Position numbers and translations under genes: made by a program
The notes under the pieces: model-generated
Seen by the model: the letters and a program-made list of their open reading frames with translations, nothing else
Databases searched by the model: none
What the model was told of the DNA's origin: nothing
Part shown: piece by piece, positions 21,345-31,008 of the stretch
Layout of the letters: the number at the start of each line of letters is the position of its first letter
Numbering within the stretch: the stretch's first letter is position 1
Source of the DNA: Candidatus Latescibacterota bacterium
GTDB taxonomy: Bacteria > Latescibacterota > UBA2968
DNA: 64,000 nucleotides
Assembly: GCA_965198115.1 (NCBI GenBank)
Contig: OZ240241.1
Span: 7,232,001-7,296,000, forward strand
Reading direction: 5' to 3'

Positions 21345-22046
21345 TTACGAGATCCCCATCTTCGCCTTGAGTGCGGCGAGACGCTCGTCGCTTGAGCCGC
21401 CTCCACCGGCAAGGGCGCGGTCGATTTCGTCGTCGGTAGAGGTCGCCTGCCCCGCGATGTCACCATAGGCCTGGGCGAGCGATTCGTCCTGGTCGACCCG
21501 CTCTTTCATTCGTTCGAGCATGGCCAGCGTGCCCGAGGAGTCGACCTTGGCCAGCTGCTTGTTGATTTTCTTCGTGGCTGCGGCTGTGCGTGCACGTGCA
21601 CGAAGCGTGATCAGGTCGTTTTCGTGGCTGGCGACGGTTGATTTGAGACGATCGACCTGCGTTTGTAGTTTGTTCGCCATCGTTTCTTGCTGTTGGGCGT
21701 CGTTGGCGAGTTGGGCGGCCCGAGTGGCCGTATCATCCTTGCGGGTGAGGGCTTCGGTGGCCAGACGATCGGCTTCGGCCGGATCGACGTCGCCGGATTG
21801 GGCGCGTTGCAGCAGCAACATGGCCTTCTTTTCGTAGTCGGCTGCCGCGTTGGCGTTGTCTTCTGCCTGTTTCTTGAGGCGGATGGCCTGTCCTTTGACT
21901 TCGGCCAGACTGGTCATGGCGGTGTTGAGGTCTTTTTTGAGATCCCGAATACCCTGCTCGGTCATCCTGATCGGATCTTCGATCTTGTCGATGGCCGAGT
22001 GGACTTCGGCCTTGCCCAGTCTGAAGACGCGCTGAAAAATGCTCAT
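21345..22046 (-). CDS. pspA: PspA/IM30 (ESCRT-III-like) protein
   Basis: MSIFQRVFRLGKAEVHSAIDKIEDPIRMTEQGIRDLK, long coiled coil, LERMKERV, ERLAALKAKMG. Confidence 0.93.
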   Translation of the reverse strand: MSIFQRVFRLGKAEVHSAIDKIEDPIRMTEQGIRDLKKDLNTAMTSLAEVKGQAIRLKKQAEDNANAAADYEKKAMLLLQRAQSGDVDPAEADRLATEALTRKDDTATRAAQLANDAQQQETMANKLQTQVDRLKSTVASHENDLITLRARARTAAATKKINKQLAKVDSSGTLAMLERMKERVDQDESLAQAYGDIAGQATSTDDEIDRALAGGGGSSDERLAALKAKMGIS

Positions 22047-22072
22047 TTGATTGCTCCTGTCGGGTGGCGAGA

Positions 22073-22468
22073 TTAGCTGTGACTGAAAGAGATGAATTCC
22101 TCGGCATTCTCCGCCATGGCGAGGCTCAAGGCGTTGATCGAGCCCTCGAGTTCAGACCGATCGAGCGTATCGAGCCGGAGGGTGTCGCGGAAAAGAACCA
22201 TCCCGGTTTCTAAGTCGATGGCGAACGCACCGTGAATCAGCGTTCGGTTGATTTCCAGGAGCCGCTCGTAGAGCTTACCCGTATCGGACGGAAGCGGCAA
22301 AACCCCCTGCTCGAGTATGAGAATTGGGTCTTCGCAGTCGATGATGAGGTTGTGGATGCCGCGCTCATCGTCGTTGACGATGACGAGTTCCTCTGATTCG
22401 TCCTCGGATTCCGTGGGGAGTTCGAGTTCCTGCAAGTAGGCTCTTACTTTTTCGAAGTTTTCTGACAT
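22073..22468 (-). CDS. YbjN/CesT-Tir chaperone-like protein
   Basis: NLIIDCEDPILILEQ, LLEINRTLIHGAFAID, VLFRDTLRLDTLDRSELEGSINALSL. Confidence 0.82.
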   Translation of the reverse strand: MSENFEKVRAYLQELELPTESEDESEELVIVNDDERGIHNLIIDCEDPILILEQGVLPLPSDTGKLYERLLEINRTLIHGAFAIDLETGMVLFRDTLRLDTLDRSELEGSINALSLAMAENAEEFISFSHS

Positions 22469-22605
22469 TCTCTCACCTGGTCCCTTCTTCACTGACGCAC
22501 GGGTCGTCCTGCAGAGCACGGTGCTACACGGCGGTTCGATACCTGAAGATGGCAAAGGGTTTCAAAAAGTAAAGAGTCGACGATTCGTGTCAAGACGGGG
22601 GTCAA

Positions 22606-23609
22606 GTGGGCACGTTGAAGATGGCTGTGGTAGGATTGGGGCTGGGACGTCATTTCGTAAATTCGCTGGCCGGCCATCCGGACGTAGATCGGCTGGTTTT
22701 GTGCGATCCAAACGCGGATCGAGCCGAGGAGGTGCGTCAGGATCATCCGGAAGTGGACCAGATTTACGAGCACCTCGAGGTGATGCTGGAGACGGAGCGT
22801 CCGGACGGTGTTTGCGTCGTGACACCCGATCATATGCATCGCCCGCACTCGACGCTTTGCTTCCAGGCTGGGGCTCACGTCTTGCAGACGAAACCCCTGG
22901 CGACGAACCTGGAGGATGCCCGCGCGATCGTGGTTGCCGCGGAGCATCTGACCGCAAGTTGATGGTTGCCCACGAACGTCGTTTCCGACCCCGGGTCCAG
23001 CGGGTGAAAGCGATCATCGACGCGGGTGAGATCGGTGACCTGATTCACCTGCGAGTAGACGCCATTGACGACAAGCGAGGGCAGTTTGCACGGGCGCCGT
23101 GGTACGCGTCGTCCAAAGCGGGTCGAAGCGCACTCAACGGCACCGGCATTCACGAGGTGGATTTGACTCGACATTACGTGCAACGTCCGATCGAGGCTGT
23201 GAGTGCGTTCAGCAACAAACTGGGTGATCTGGATTTCCCGAGGGACAAGACGACTGCGGCGCTGTTCCGTTTCGAGGGTGATGTCGTTGGGCAGGTGACA
23301 GTAACTTACGAAAGCCAGCAGCCGCGCTCACATCGCCTGGATGACCATTTTCGCGTGATCGGAACAACGGGTACAATTATGGGAGACAAGGTCTACCGGG
23401 TCGGTGAAGACGATTGGGAGGATCTGAGCGGATTGGATCACGGCATACGCGCGGGTATCGCCGGCGCGGTTCTCGCCTTCATCGATGCCGTGGCACACGG
23501 GGCTCAGATTCCCGTGACGGGCGAAGATGCGTTCGCCTCGCTGGCTGCTGCCGAAGCCGCCGATCAGTCGGCCGCGACCGGGGAGACGACCCGACCCGAG
23601 TCTCTTTAA
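22606..23609 (+). pseudogene. Gfo/Idh/MocA oxidoreductase with one frameshift near 22950
   Basis: VVGLGLG, VVTPDHMH, QTKPLA in one frame; LMVAHERRF, TGIHEVDL in the next. Confidence 0.8.
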
Positions 23610-23667
23610 TAGAAAGGCCCGGTTGAGGACTCAACCGGGCACAAGATTGTCGCGATGCACGGGCGTT

Positions 23668-24084
23668 TCAGGCGCGCTGTCGATACGACCGGACTTGCTT
23701 TGGAGCCTCTGCGTTGAGGTGGTTGGCGCGGTGGTTCTGCCTCGGCGGCGTCTGACCGCTGGTCTCGTCCTTCGACTGTTCTTCGGTCTCGCTCGTCGAG
23801 TTCGCGAGCGCCTCCCGAAGGATGCGGCCGGGTTTGAAAGCGACTTTCCTTCGTGCGGGTACGAAGACGCGTTTTCCGGTCTTCGGGTTTCGCGCACCCG
23901 CCTTGGCGTTGGCCTGTTTTACAGTGAACGCTCCGAAGCCACGCGCTTCGATGCGCTGTCCGTTGACGATCGATTCAGTAAGTGATTCAAAGAAGGCATC
24001 GACGAACTGCCGTGCCTCTGTTTTGGAGTAACCAAATTCATCGGCGACGATCTTGACGAGGTCCGCCTTGGTTACGGTAATCAC
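23668..24084 (-). CDS. HU/IHF family DNA-binding protein with C-terminal extension
   Basis: VTKADLV, RIEARGFGAF, ARNPKTG, FKPGRILRE. Confidence 0.9.
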   Translation of the reverse strand: MITVTKADLVKIVADEFGYSKTEARQFVDAFFESLTESIVNGQRIEARGFGAFTVKQANAKAGARNPKTGKRVFVPARRKVAFKPGRILREALANSTSETEEQSKDETSGQTPPRQNHRANHLNAEAPKQVRSYRQRA

Positions 24085-24194
24085 GTTTCCCCCCGATCCA
24101 ACGTTCTGCGGTCGTGCACGGCGTGACGTTGCTGATCAACATTCATCGGGACGCGCCGCCGATCAGGACGACGGAGCGGTGGAAATCATTGCCG

Positions 24195-24475
24195 ATGAAA
24201 AGGATCGATGAAGTGGCTGTGTTTTTCGAAGCGGTGGGAGACGTCGAGCCAGCACATTGACCGACGTCGAGGGTGAGGTGAAGTTTTCGTTCGGTGAGGG
24301 ATGTCAAATCAAGATGCCCGTAAGGGGAATGAGGCCTCTTCACTTCGGTTATTTCTGTCCCGAATTGGAGAAGGATAATAACGCGTGGGTTCGACTCGCG
24401 CAAGAGATGTTTGCTTCCAATCGTGACCAAAATTCGAGAAATCTACCGATAGGAATCGACGAGTTCGATTTATGA
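24195..24475 (+). pseudogene. Hypothetical protein, apparently frameshifted near 24255
   Basis: MKRIDEVAVFFEAVGDVE start and TDVEGEVKFSF...DEFDL body in different frames; stop overlaps next ATG. Confidence 0.4.
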
Positions 24476-25479
24476 ACACTCTTGTAACCGGGTGTGCGGG
24501 TTTCATCGGCTATCATCTCTCCAAACGTTTGATGTCGATGGGACACGAAGTCATCGGTGTTGATAGTCTCAACGACTATTACAGTGTTTCACTCAAACGC
24601 GATCGACTCGATCAGCTGACCGGCGGAGAAGATTTTACTTTTCTCGAGGGAGCTGTTGAAGACGAGGGGTTTGTCGACGACGTTTTCCACGGCCGCGACT
24701 TTCGTGCCGTGATCCACCTGGCGGCGCAGGCGGGTGTCCCCTACAGTTTGGAAGCGCCACGCGAGTTTATTCAGGCCAACGTCGTTGGGTTTGTGAACAT
24801 CCTCGAAGCATCGCGTGTGAAGTCGATTCGTCATCTGGTCTACGCCTCTTCGTCATCTGTTTACGGATTGAACGAGTCGCTTCCATCGGATGCGTCACAG
24901 ACGACGGCACACCCCATGAGTCTTTACGCGGCGACGAAAAAGTCGAACGAACTGATGGCCCACGCATACAGCCATCTCTTCAACTTGCCGACGACGGGAT
25001 TGAGATTCTTCACGGTTTATGGGCCGTGGGGCCGCCCGGATATGGCCGCGTTTCTGTTCACTGAGGCAATCCTGGAGGGCCGGCCGATCGATCTGTTCAA
25101 CCACGGCCGATCCAAACGGTCGTTCACCTATGTGGATGACGTTGTCGAAGGGATCGTTCGCATCACGGAGCGGATTCCCGAACCGGATCCGTCGTGGTCG
25201 GCGAACGACCCCGATCCCAGCCGGTCGAGTGCGCCTTTCAGGGTCTACAATATCGGCAGTGACGAGACGGTCGATCTCGAGCGATTTGTTGAGGTGATCG
25301 AAGAGGCTCTGGGATTGGAGGCCAAGCGCAATCTCCTACCCGCCCGGGCGGGAGATGTGGAAGCGACAGCCGCGGATATCTCGGATTTGGAGCGGGATGT
25401 GGGATATCGCCCGACCACATCGATCGAGGAGGGGGTCGAACGTTTCGTGGCCTGGTACCGAGACTATTACGGAAAGTGA
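24472..25479 (+). CDS. NAD-dependent epimerase (UDP-glucuronate 4-epimerase type)
   Basis: TGCAGFIG, HLAAQAGV, YASSSSVYG, YAATKK, RFFTVYGPWGRPDMA. Confidence 0.92.
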   Translation: MNTLVTGCAGFIGYHLSKRLMSMGHEVIGVDSLNDYYSVSLKRDRLDQLTGGEDFTFLEGAVEDEGFVDDVFHGRDFRAVIHLAAQAGVPYSLEAPREFIQANVVGFVNILEASRVKSIRHLVYASSSSVYGLNESLPSDASQTTAHPMSLYAATKKSNELMAHAYSHLFNLPTTGLRFFTVYGPWGRPDMAAFLFTEAILEGRPIDLFNHGRSKRSFTYVDDVVEGIVRITERIPEPDPSWSANDPDPSRSSAPFRVYNIGSDETVDLERFVEVIEEALGLEAKRNLLPARAGDVEATAADISDLERDVGYRPTTSIEEGVERFVAWYRDYYGK

Positions 25480-25508
25480 CGGGAATCACTTTGAGTGACA
25501 CAATAGCA

Positions 25509-25602
25509 CCCTCGTGCAGAGCACGAGGGCGAGCGTGGCGCATCTGACACTATCGTGAAAAACAGAAGGTTGCGCTCGTTCCGGTGCTGTGCACAGGGAC
25601 GC
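25509..25602. repeat. Paired REP-like palindromes; same family as 17284-17308 plus 18767-18794
   Basis: CCCTCGTGC-aga-GCACGAGGG-CGAG ... CTCG-TTCCGGTGC-tgt-GCACAGGGA-CGC. Confidence 0.7.
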
Positions 25603-25632
25603 CCTGCCACGATTCCAGTCGCGACTTCGTCT

Positions 25633-26019
25633 TCAGTCCTTCAACCCCAGATCATCGATGGTGAAAGCGATCCATTGAGTGAAAGCGTCCGCATCGACCG
25701 GGGTCTGGATGACGTGGCGCTTCCGGACCCCCAGGTTCGCGAGTTCCGACAGCCGGTCCTGTTCGATCGAAGCGGAAAGAACGAGAATCGGCAGACGTTC
25801 GTGCAGTTGACGGATAAAGGTGATGCAGTCCGGGCCCGACACGGATGAAAGACGGTAATCCAGGACAATCAGGTGGTAAAAGGTGGGGGCCTCGTTCAGC
25901 CGATCCAGGAGCGTGCGACCGTCGCTGACGGCGTGGGTGGTGATATCGGGAAGGTCGAGCAGGGCACCTGAGAGACGCATGGCGTCGACGCCGTCGGTCG
26001 CGAGCAACAGCTGAATCAC
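25633..26019 (-). CDS. Single-domain response regulator receiver, atypical
   Basis: LIVLDYRL..VSG, PILVLSA; the conserved KP reads TP. Confidence 0.7.
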   Translation of the reverse strand: MIQLLLATDGVDAMRLSGALLDLPDITTHAVSDGRTLLDRLNEAPTFYHLIVLDYRLSSVSGPDCITFIRQLHERLPILVLSASIEQDRLSELANLGVRKRHVIQTPVDADAFTQWIAFTIDDLGLKD

Positions 26020-26491
26020 GAGGATCTCCTGGCTGTTTTGGCCAAGTTGAGCCGAAAAGTTGTCGGGTTCCTCGTAAAGTTATTGGAATATCTGCCGATA
26101 TGTGCAACAATGTGCAACAGGTGGGCGAAGCCGTCTCGGTCAGCGGGAAAAAGTTTGCCCCTCTCCCTTTGAAGTGAGTAACTTCTCCGGAAGAGGGGCC
26201 TGACCAAAGCGGTGTCACATTGCTCCACGGGCCTTGACACCTGCGCCTTATCCCCTCCGAAACCAGGATAAAGCGTTGGAAGCCTGTTGCTCGAGGTCGG
26301 CTTCTCCACCTCTTAGATTCAACAGTCCATCTCCCTCTTCCCCACTTCCCATCGTCGTTCCGAGTGTGTGTGTCGGTCCCGAGACGTCGCGGTCTAGCGG
26401 TTCTGAAGGCCGGGAGTCGTTTGGGGTGGATAACTCCCTATCCTCGATATCGGCATTTACTTGAGCACTCTTTAGTCCGGAGCACACTTTT

Positions 26492-28177
26492 TTGCAGCGA
26501 TTTCCCGTTTGGAGCATACGACACGAGGGACCGTATGAGTCGCTGGTCGATGTTTTTCTGGCCAATCGGTCCCTGTCCGAGTCGGATGTGACGAACTCGC
26601 CGACCCATCTCCACGATCCTCACCTCATGGTAGACCTTTCCAAGGCGGTCGATCGAATCGAACTGGCGATTCGGTCTCAGGACCCGATCGTGGTTTTCGG
26701 GGATTACGATGTCGACGGGGTGACGAGCGCGGCTCTGATGCTCGACATCCTCGACCACGTCGGCGCCGCAGCGACGAGTGTTCTACCAGACCGGTATCGA
26801 GATGGGTATGGCATGAAGGTGCAGGGAGTGCGACGGGCGATCGATCAGGGTGCCCGGCTGATCGTGACGACGGACAACGGCATTTCTGCGTTCGATGCGA
26901 TTGCCGAGGCCCAGAAAAGCGGTGTCGATGTCGTGGTGATCGATCATCACCACCCGCAGGACATCCTCCCCGACGCCCACGCCATCGTGAACCCGAGTCG
27001 GCCCGATTGCCCGTACCCCTTCAAGGGTCTCGCCGCGGTCGGGGTGGTGTTCAAGGTCGTCCAGGCGTTGTCGGAAAGGTTCATGGAGGGACACGACCGA
27101 AGACGCTACCTCAACGACGTGCTCGGCTATTTCGCGCTCGGTACGGTCGCAGATATGATGCCGATGATCGGGGAGAATCGGCTCCTGACGCGTCGCGGGA
27201 TCCAGGTACTCGACCAGACGAAGCACGCCGGGCTCAGGGCCCTCAAAGCGGTCACGGGAGGCAAGGGAAAGCCGGTGGATGCGACGACGATCGCGTTTTT
27301 CCTCGGCCCGAGGATCAACAGCGCGGGGCGTCTGGCATCTGCCCAACTGGCGTTGGATCTACTGCGGTGCCGGCAACCCGTCGAGGCGACGCGTCTGGCA
27401 GAAGAGCTGAACGAATTGAACAGCCGCCGACAGGAGCTTCAGAACGAAGGCGTGAACGAGGCCGAACGTCGCGTCGAGGATGAGGGCGTGGACGGGAAGC
27501 GGATTATCGTCGTTCACGGAGAGGCGTGGCATCTGGGCGTGATCGGACTGATCGCCGGACGTCTGAGGGAGCGCTTTCATCGTCCCGCGATCGTCACGTC
27601 GGCTGCCCGAGGCGACGCGTATGTCGGATCGGCACGTTCGGCCGGTGGTTACAACATGGTCGAGGGGATCTTTCGGTGCGCCGATCTGTTGAGCGAATAC
27701 GGCGGACACGCCGATGCGGCCGGTTTCTCCCTCCCGGCGGAAAATTACGAAGCGTTTCGCGAGCGGATCACATCGGACGCCGATGCTTTTCTGAACGAAG
27801 CAGACCTTCTGCCTCAGCTGGACGTTGACGTCGAGTTGCAGCCATCGGATCTCACGCTCCAAACGGTCGAGACGCTGTCGGCGTTCGAGCCCTTCGGCCC
27901 CAAGAACGAACCGCCGCGGTTCTCGCTCTCGCACTGCAAGCTCTCGCGAATCGATGCGGTCGGGCAGGGGGCTCATCTCAAGATGCAAGTTCAGGCCGGT
28001 TCGCAGTCGTGCGAGGCGATCTGGTGGCGTGAGGGCGAACGGGTCTACGAGCTGAATCAGGGTGAGGTCGTCGATCTGGCGTTCGGGCTCGAGCAGAACG
28101 TGTGGAACGGGCGCTCCAAGCTGCAGATGGTGGTCGAGGACATGCGTCCGGCGCTTATACCGTCATTACCGGCATAG
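26492..28177 (+). CDS. recJ: Single-stranded-DNA exonuclease RecJ
   Basis: FGDYDVDG, TTDNG, IDHH, LGTVAD, GPRINSAGRL, GSARS, YGGHADAAG. Confidence 0.96.
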   Translation: MQRFPVWSIRHEGPYESLVDVFLANRSLSESDVTNSPTHLHDPHLMVDLSKAVDRIELAIRSQDPIVVFGDYDVDGVTSAALMLDILDHVGAAATSVLPDRYRDGYGMKVQGVRRAIDQGARLIVTTDNGISAFDAIAEAQKSGVDVVVIDHHHPQDILPDAHAIVNPSRPDCPYPFKGLAAVGVVFKVVQALSERFMEGHDRRRYLNDVLGYFALGTVADMMPMIGENRLLTRRGIQVLDQTKHAGLRALKAVTGGKGKPVDATTIAFFLGPRINSAGRLASAQLALDLLRCRQPVEATRLAEELNELNSRRQELQNEGVNEAERRVEDEGVDGKRIIVVHGEAWHLGVIGLIAGRLRERFHRPAIVTSAARGDAYVGSARSAGGYNMVEGIFRCADLLSEYGGHADAAGFSLPAENYEAFRERITSDADAFLNEADLLPQLDVDVELQPSDLTLQTVETLSAFEPFGPKNEPPRFSLSHCKLSRIDAVGQGAHLKMQVQAGSQSCEAIWWREGERVYELNQGEVVDLAFGLEQNVWNGRSKLQMVVEDMRPALIPSLPA

Positions 28178-28387
28178 TTGAGTTGTCAGTCGTCAGGGTT
28201 CAGTTGCCAGGAAACCCACGCGGGGGCTGAACCCAAGGTCTTGGGGGAGGTCCGGCGCAAGAAGGCGAAGCCCGCTGAAGCAGGCAGACCAACCGAACCA
28301 TAATCGATCTTCAGCCTTCCTGACCTCTGACGACTGTTCCTCCCTCGCCAGTAAGGCCGAAGGAGGGACTGACAACTGGTTTCAACT
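28176..28387. repeat. Inverted pair of degenerate 7-mer arrays
   Basis: AGTTGTCAGT (28181-28190) is the exact reverse complement of ACTGACAACT (28368-28377); CAGTCGTCAGGGTTCAG pairs with CTGACCTCTGACGACTG. Confidence 0.7.
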
Positions 28388-28473
28388 CCGGTGGTAGTCG
28401 CCATCGGGGTTTTTTGTGGGTACCTTGAATGCTGTGGTGATCTGGATTTCAGTTGAGAGTTTTAGGAGGACCG

Positions 28474-29304
28474 ATGGCTGACACGTGGCGTCCGGCCGAA
28501 CCGGATATCGAAACGATTCGCAGAATAGCGCCCGATCCGATGAAAGCACTGGCCGATCTCGAGATTCCGGCGTGTGTGTTCCGAAGTGCGTACCCCGTCT
28601 CAGACTGCGATGGTCTGATCGATCGGTTCATCGAAATGGGGTTGATCGACGATCCAGCTACGTGGGACCCCGTGACGGGACGAAAACGGATCGATATCGG
28701 CACGAGTCTGGCTCAGCGCGGATCCAACCAGGATGCCTTTTTCGCCCATTCAGCGGAGACTCACAAGCTCTACGAGACGTTGTTCGATGGGTTCGAACAG
28801 CCCGTGAAGACGATTTACGACGGTTTGGCCGCTCTCGCGCGGGACAAGAAGGTCGTGACCGCCTACGAACCGGATGGACGGCAGTATGGACCGGCGATCT
28901 TCCGCATTCACTATGAAGGCCACCGCTACGCACCTCATATCGATCACGTCACGTTGCGGGAAAAACGGTTCGACTACGCCGTCACCCGGTTCACCCATCA
29001 ATTTGCTGGTGTGCTTGTGATGCGAAACACCACACGCGATGACACGGCCACGCAGTCGATCATGCATCGCTGTAGGTGGTCACCGGCGGTCCAACCACAC
29101 ATTCGGGGTGGAACGTTCTACGACTATGCCAGGGCGCAGGGCATCGATTCTACGCAGGTCGACATGGCACCGGGGGACCTCTATTTCTTCAACACAGGGT
29201 CGATTCACGAGGTGCCGGCACTGGAGGGAAACGACGCACGTGTCGTTCTCGCCGTCTTTATCGGCTATTCGGAGGATGATGATGAGATTTTCGTGTGGAG
29301 TTAA
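28474..29304 (+). CDS. 2-oxoglutarate/Fe(II)-dependent oxygenase-like protein
   Basis: PHIDH (HxD), PGDLYFFN..SIHEV (distal His), ARVV (2OG-binding Arg); AGGAGG RBS. Confidence 0.7.
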   Translation: MADTWRPAEPDIETIRRIAPDPMKALADLEIPACVFRSAYPVSDCDGLIDRFIEMGLIDDPATWDPVTGRKRIDIGTSLAQRGSNQDAFFAHSAETHKLYETLFDGFEQPVKTIYDGLAALARDKKVVTAYEPDGRQYGPAIFRIHYEGHRYAPHIDHVTLREKRFDYAVTRFTHQFAGVLVMRNTTRDDTATQSIMHRCRWSPAVQPHIRGGTFYDYARAQGIDSTQVDMAPGDLYFFNTGSIHEVPALEGNDARVVLAVFIGYSEDDDEIFVWS

Positions 29305-29327
29305 GGCCGGCTTCGCCGGCCAGTCGG

Positions 29328-29355
29328 CCGTTGTCCGTTGTCCGTTGTCCGTTGA
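29328..29355 (+). repeat. Tandem heptamer array (CCGTTGT)x3 + CCGTTGA
   Basis: Read directly. Confidence 0.85.
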
Positions 29356-29410
29356 CCGGGAAAACCGTTCACCGGCATCGGTGCCGGACAGAGTGCGAGG
29401 AGCCTGAATA

Positions 29411-29929
29411 GTGGCGTTCAATGTGAAGAAGCGGGGGAAGTTGACGTACTACTACACCGGGGATGAACCGGTTCTGTCTGCGTTGGTGACGGAGGAGCAG
29501 GGCGATGGGGACCTGAAGATCTATTTCTCGGGTCTGACAGGTGGATACTCGGCAAAAGGTGTCCTGGATCTGGATGAGTTGGTGGAGATGGATCCGCTTC
29601 GGGAGATCCCACTCGTTTTTCAGTCGTGGGAGCGTTGGCTAAAGGATGCTGGAATCTGCGAGTCTCTGAAGCAGATCGATTTTATCGAGGTTCACGCGTT
29701 CGGTTGTCAGCCGAAGAGCCCGAATCCCCTGGTCGATCCGGTGGGCTTCGCAGAAGCTCAGGACCGACTGCGAAAAGACTATGCCGAAGCCTATCGGGGG
29801 TTCTTTCGCGACCACCTGCCCGAGAACGGCGTCCCCGCACGGTTTACAGTACACCTTGTCGATGTCCCGGACAAAGCGGCAAGCTATGAATTCTACAGTA
29901 CCGCGTTGTATCAGAGGGCGATCCAGTGA
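29411..29929 (+). CDS. Divergent RidA/YjgF/UK114-like protein
   Basis: IYFSG, WLKDAG..LKQI, YRGFF...PARFTV, YEF follow the order of Rid-fold motifs. Confidence 0.5.
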   Translation: MAFNVKKRGKLTYYYTGDEPVLSALVTEEQGDGDLKIYFSGLTGGYSAKGVLDLDELVEMDPLREIPLVFQSWERWLKDAGICESLKQIDFIEVHAFGCQPKSPNPLVDPVGFAEAQDRLRKDYAEAYRGFFRDHLPENGVPARFTVHLVDVPDKAASYEFYSTALYQRAIQ

Positions 29930-30189
29930 AAGAGAGTCTACAAATTCGGACTCATCCAAGGTTGAATCCTGGATGGGATGATCTATACCAGTCGATAACA
30001 AGAGACTGGATCCCGGCCTGAACCCTGCCGGGATTACGATCACAACTATTCACCCCGGAAGAAACCGATTGTCACCCCGGTACGCTTCTTGGCCGGGGTC
30101 TGTTTTTCGCCATCCGAGGTCGACACGAGCGACCATACTTCCCGAACAAAGATCACCCTTGCAAGCGGAAGCAAATTCCATCGGATAGG

Positions 30190-30978
30190 TTGACCGTGAA
30201 AGCGATCGAGATCAATGAGCACTTGAACAGCCTGTTCCCGGACATCCGGGAAAATACCGTCGATCGAGTTATCTATGGCGATCCCGAGGCGGAAGTCGAA
30301 GGCGTGGCGGTGGCGTGGATGCCCTATACAGCCACGCTCGAGCAGGCGAAGGCAGCTGGCGCGAACGTGCTCGTGACGCACGAACCGACGTTCTACAATC
30401 ATTGGGACCTGGATGACGAGGATGCCGCGGGGATGGAGGAGACGGCCATTAAAATGCAGTGGTTGGATGACGCAGGCATGACGGTCATCCGATGCCACGA
30501 CGTGTGGGACGCGATTCCAGAGATCGGTATCCCGTTCGCTTGGGGGACCTTCCTGGGGCTCGAGGAGATCCAGCATCAGGAGCGCTATTACAACATCTAT
30601 CGCGTGCCGGAGCAGACGGCGGAGGCATTCGCCCAGCAAGTGGCGGGCAGGGTCCGGGCACTAGGTCAGGAAAGTGTCGGATTCTACGGAGATGCGAGTC
30701 GTAGAATCCAGAGCGTGGGTGTCGGGACCGGAGCCAACAGTCAACCATTTAAGCTCTACGAGCTCGGCGCCGATCTCGCGGTGTCGGTCGACGACACAGT
30801 CCGCTGCTGGGTTGCCGGAGAGTGGTGTGAGGACACAGGTCGTCCCGTGGTTGTCGTTAATCACTGCGTGTCGGAAGAACCGGGGATCGTGAACCTGTCG
30901 GATTACTTGAAGCAGACGTATCCGGATTTGACAGTGACACATATCCCGCAGCGATGCACGTATCGCACGATTCGGTAA
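30190..30978 (+). CDS. Nif3-like dinuclear metal centre protein
   Basis: TVDRVIYGDP, VTHEPTFY, RCHDVWD, VNHCVSEEPG. Confidence 0.85.
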   Translation: MTVKAIEINEHLNSLFPDIRENTVDRVIYGDPEAEVEGVAVAWMPYTATLEQAKAAGANVLVTHEPTFYNHWDLDDEDAAGMEETAIKMQWLDDAGMTVIRCHDVWDAIPEIGIPFAWGTFLGLEEIQHQERYYNIYRVPEQTAEAFAQQVAGRVRALGQESVGFYGDASRRIQSVGVGTGANSQPFKLYELGADLAVSVDDTVRCWVAGEWCEDTGRPVVVVNHCVSEEPGIVNLSDYLKQTYPDLTVTHIPQRCTYRTIR

Positions 30979-31008
30979 GTGCCTGGCGAGGGAAAACCGA
31001 GGTATCTG

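Noticed and set aside
26234-26490. Short ORFs between the receiver gene and recJ
   Set aside because: No recognisable motif or convincing RBS
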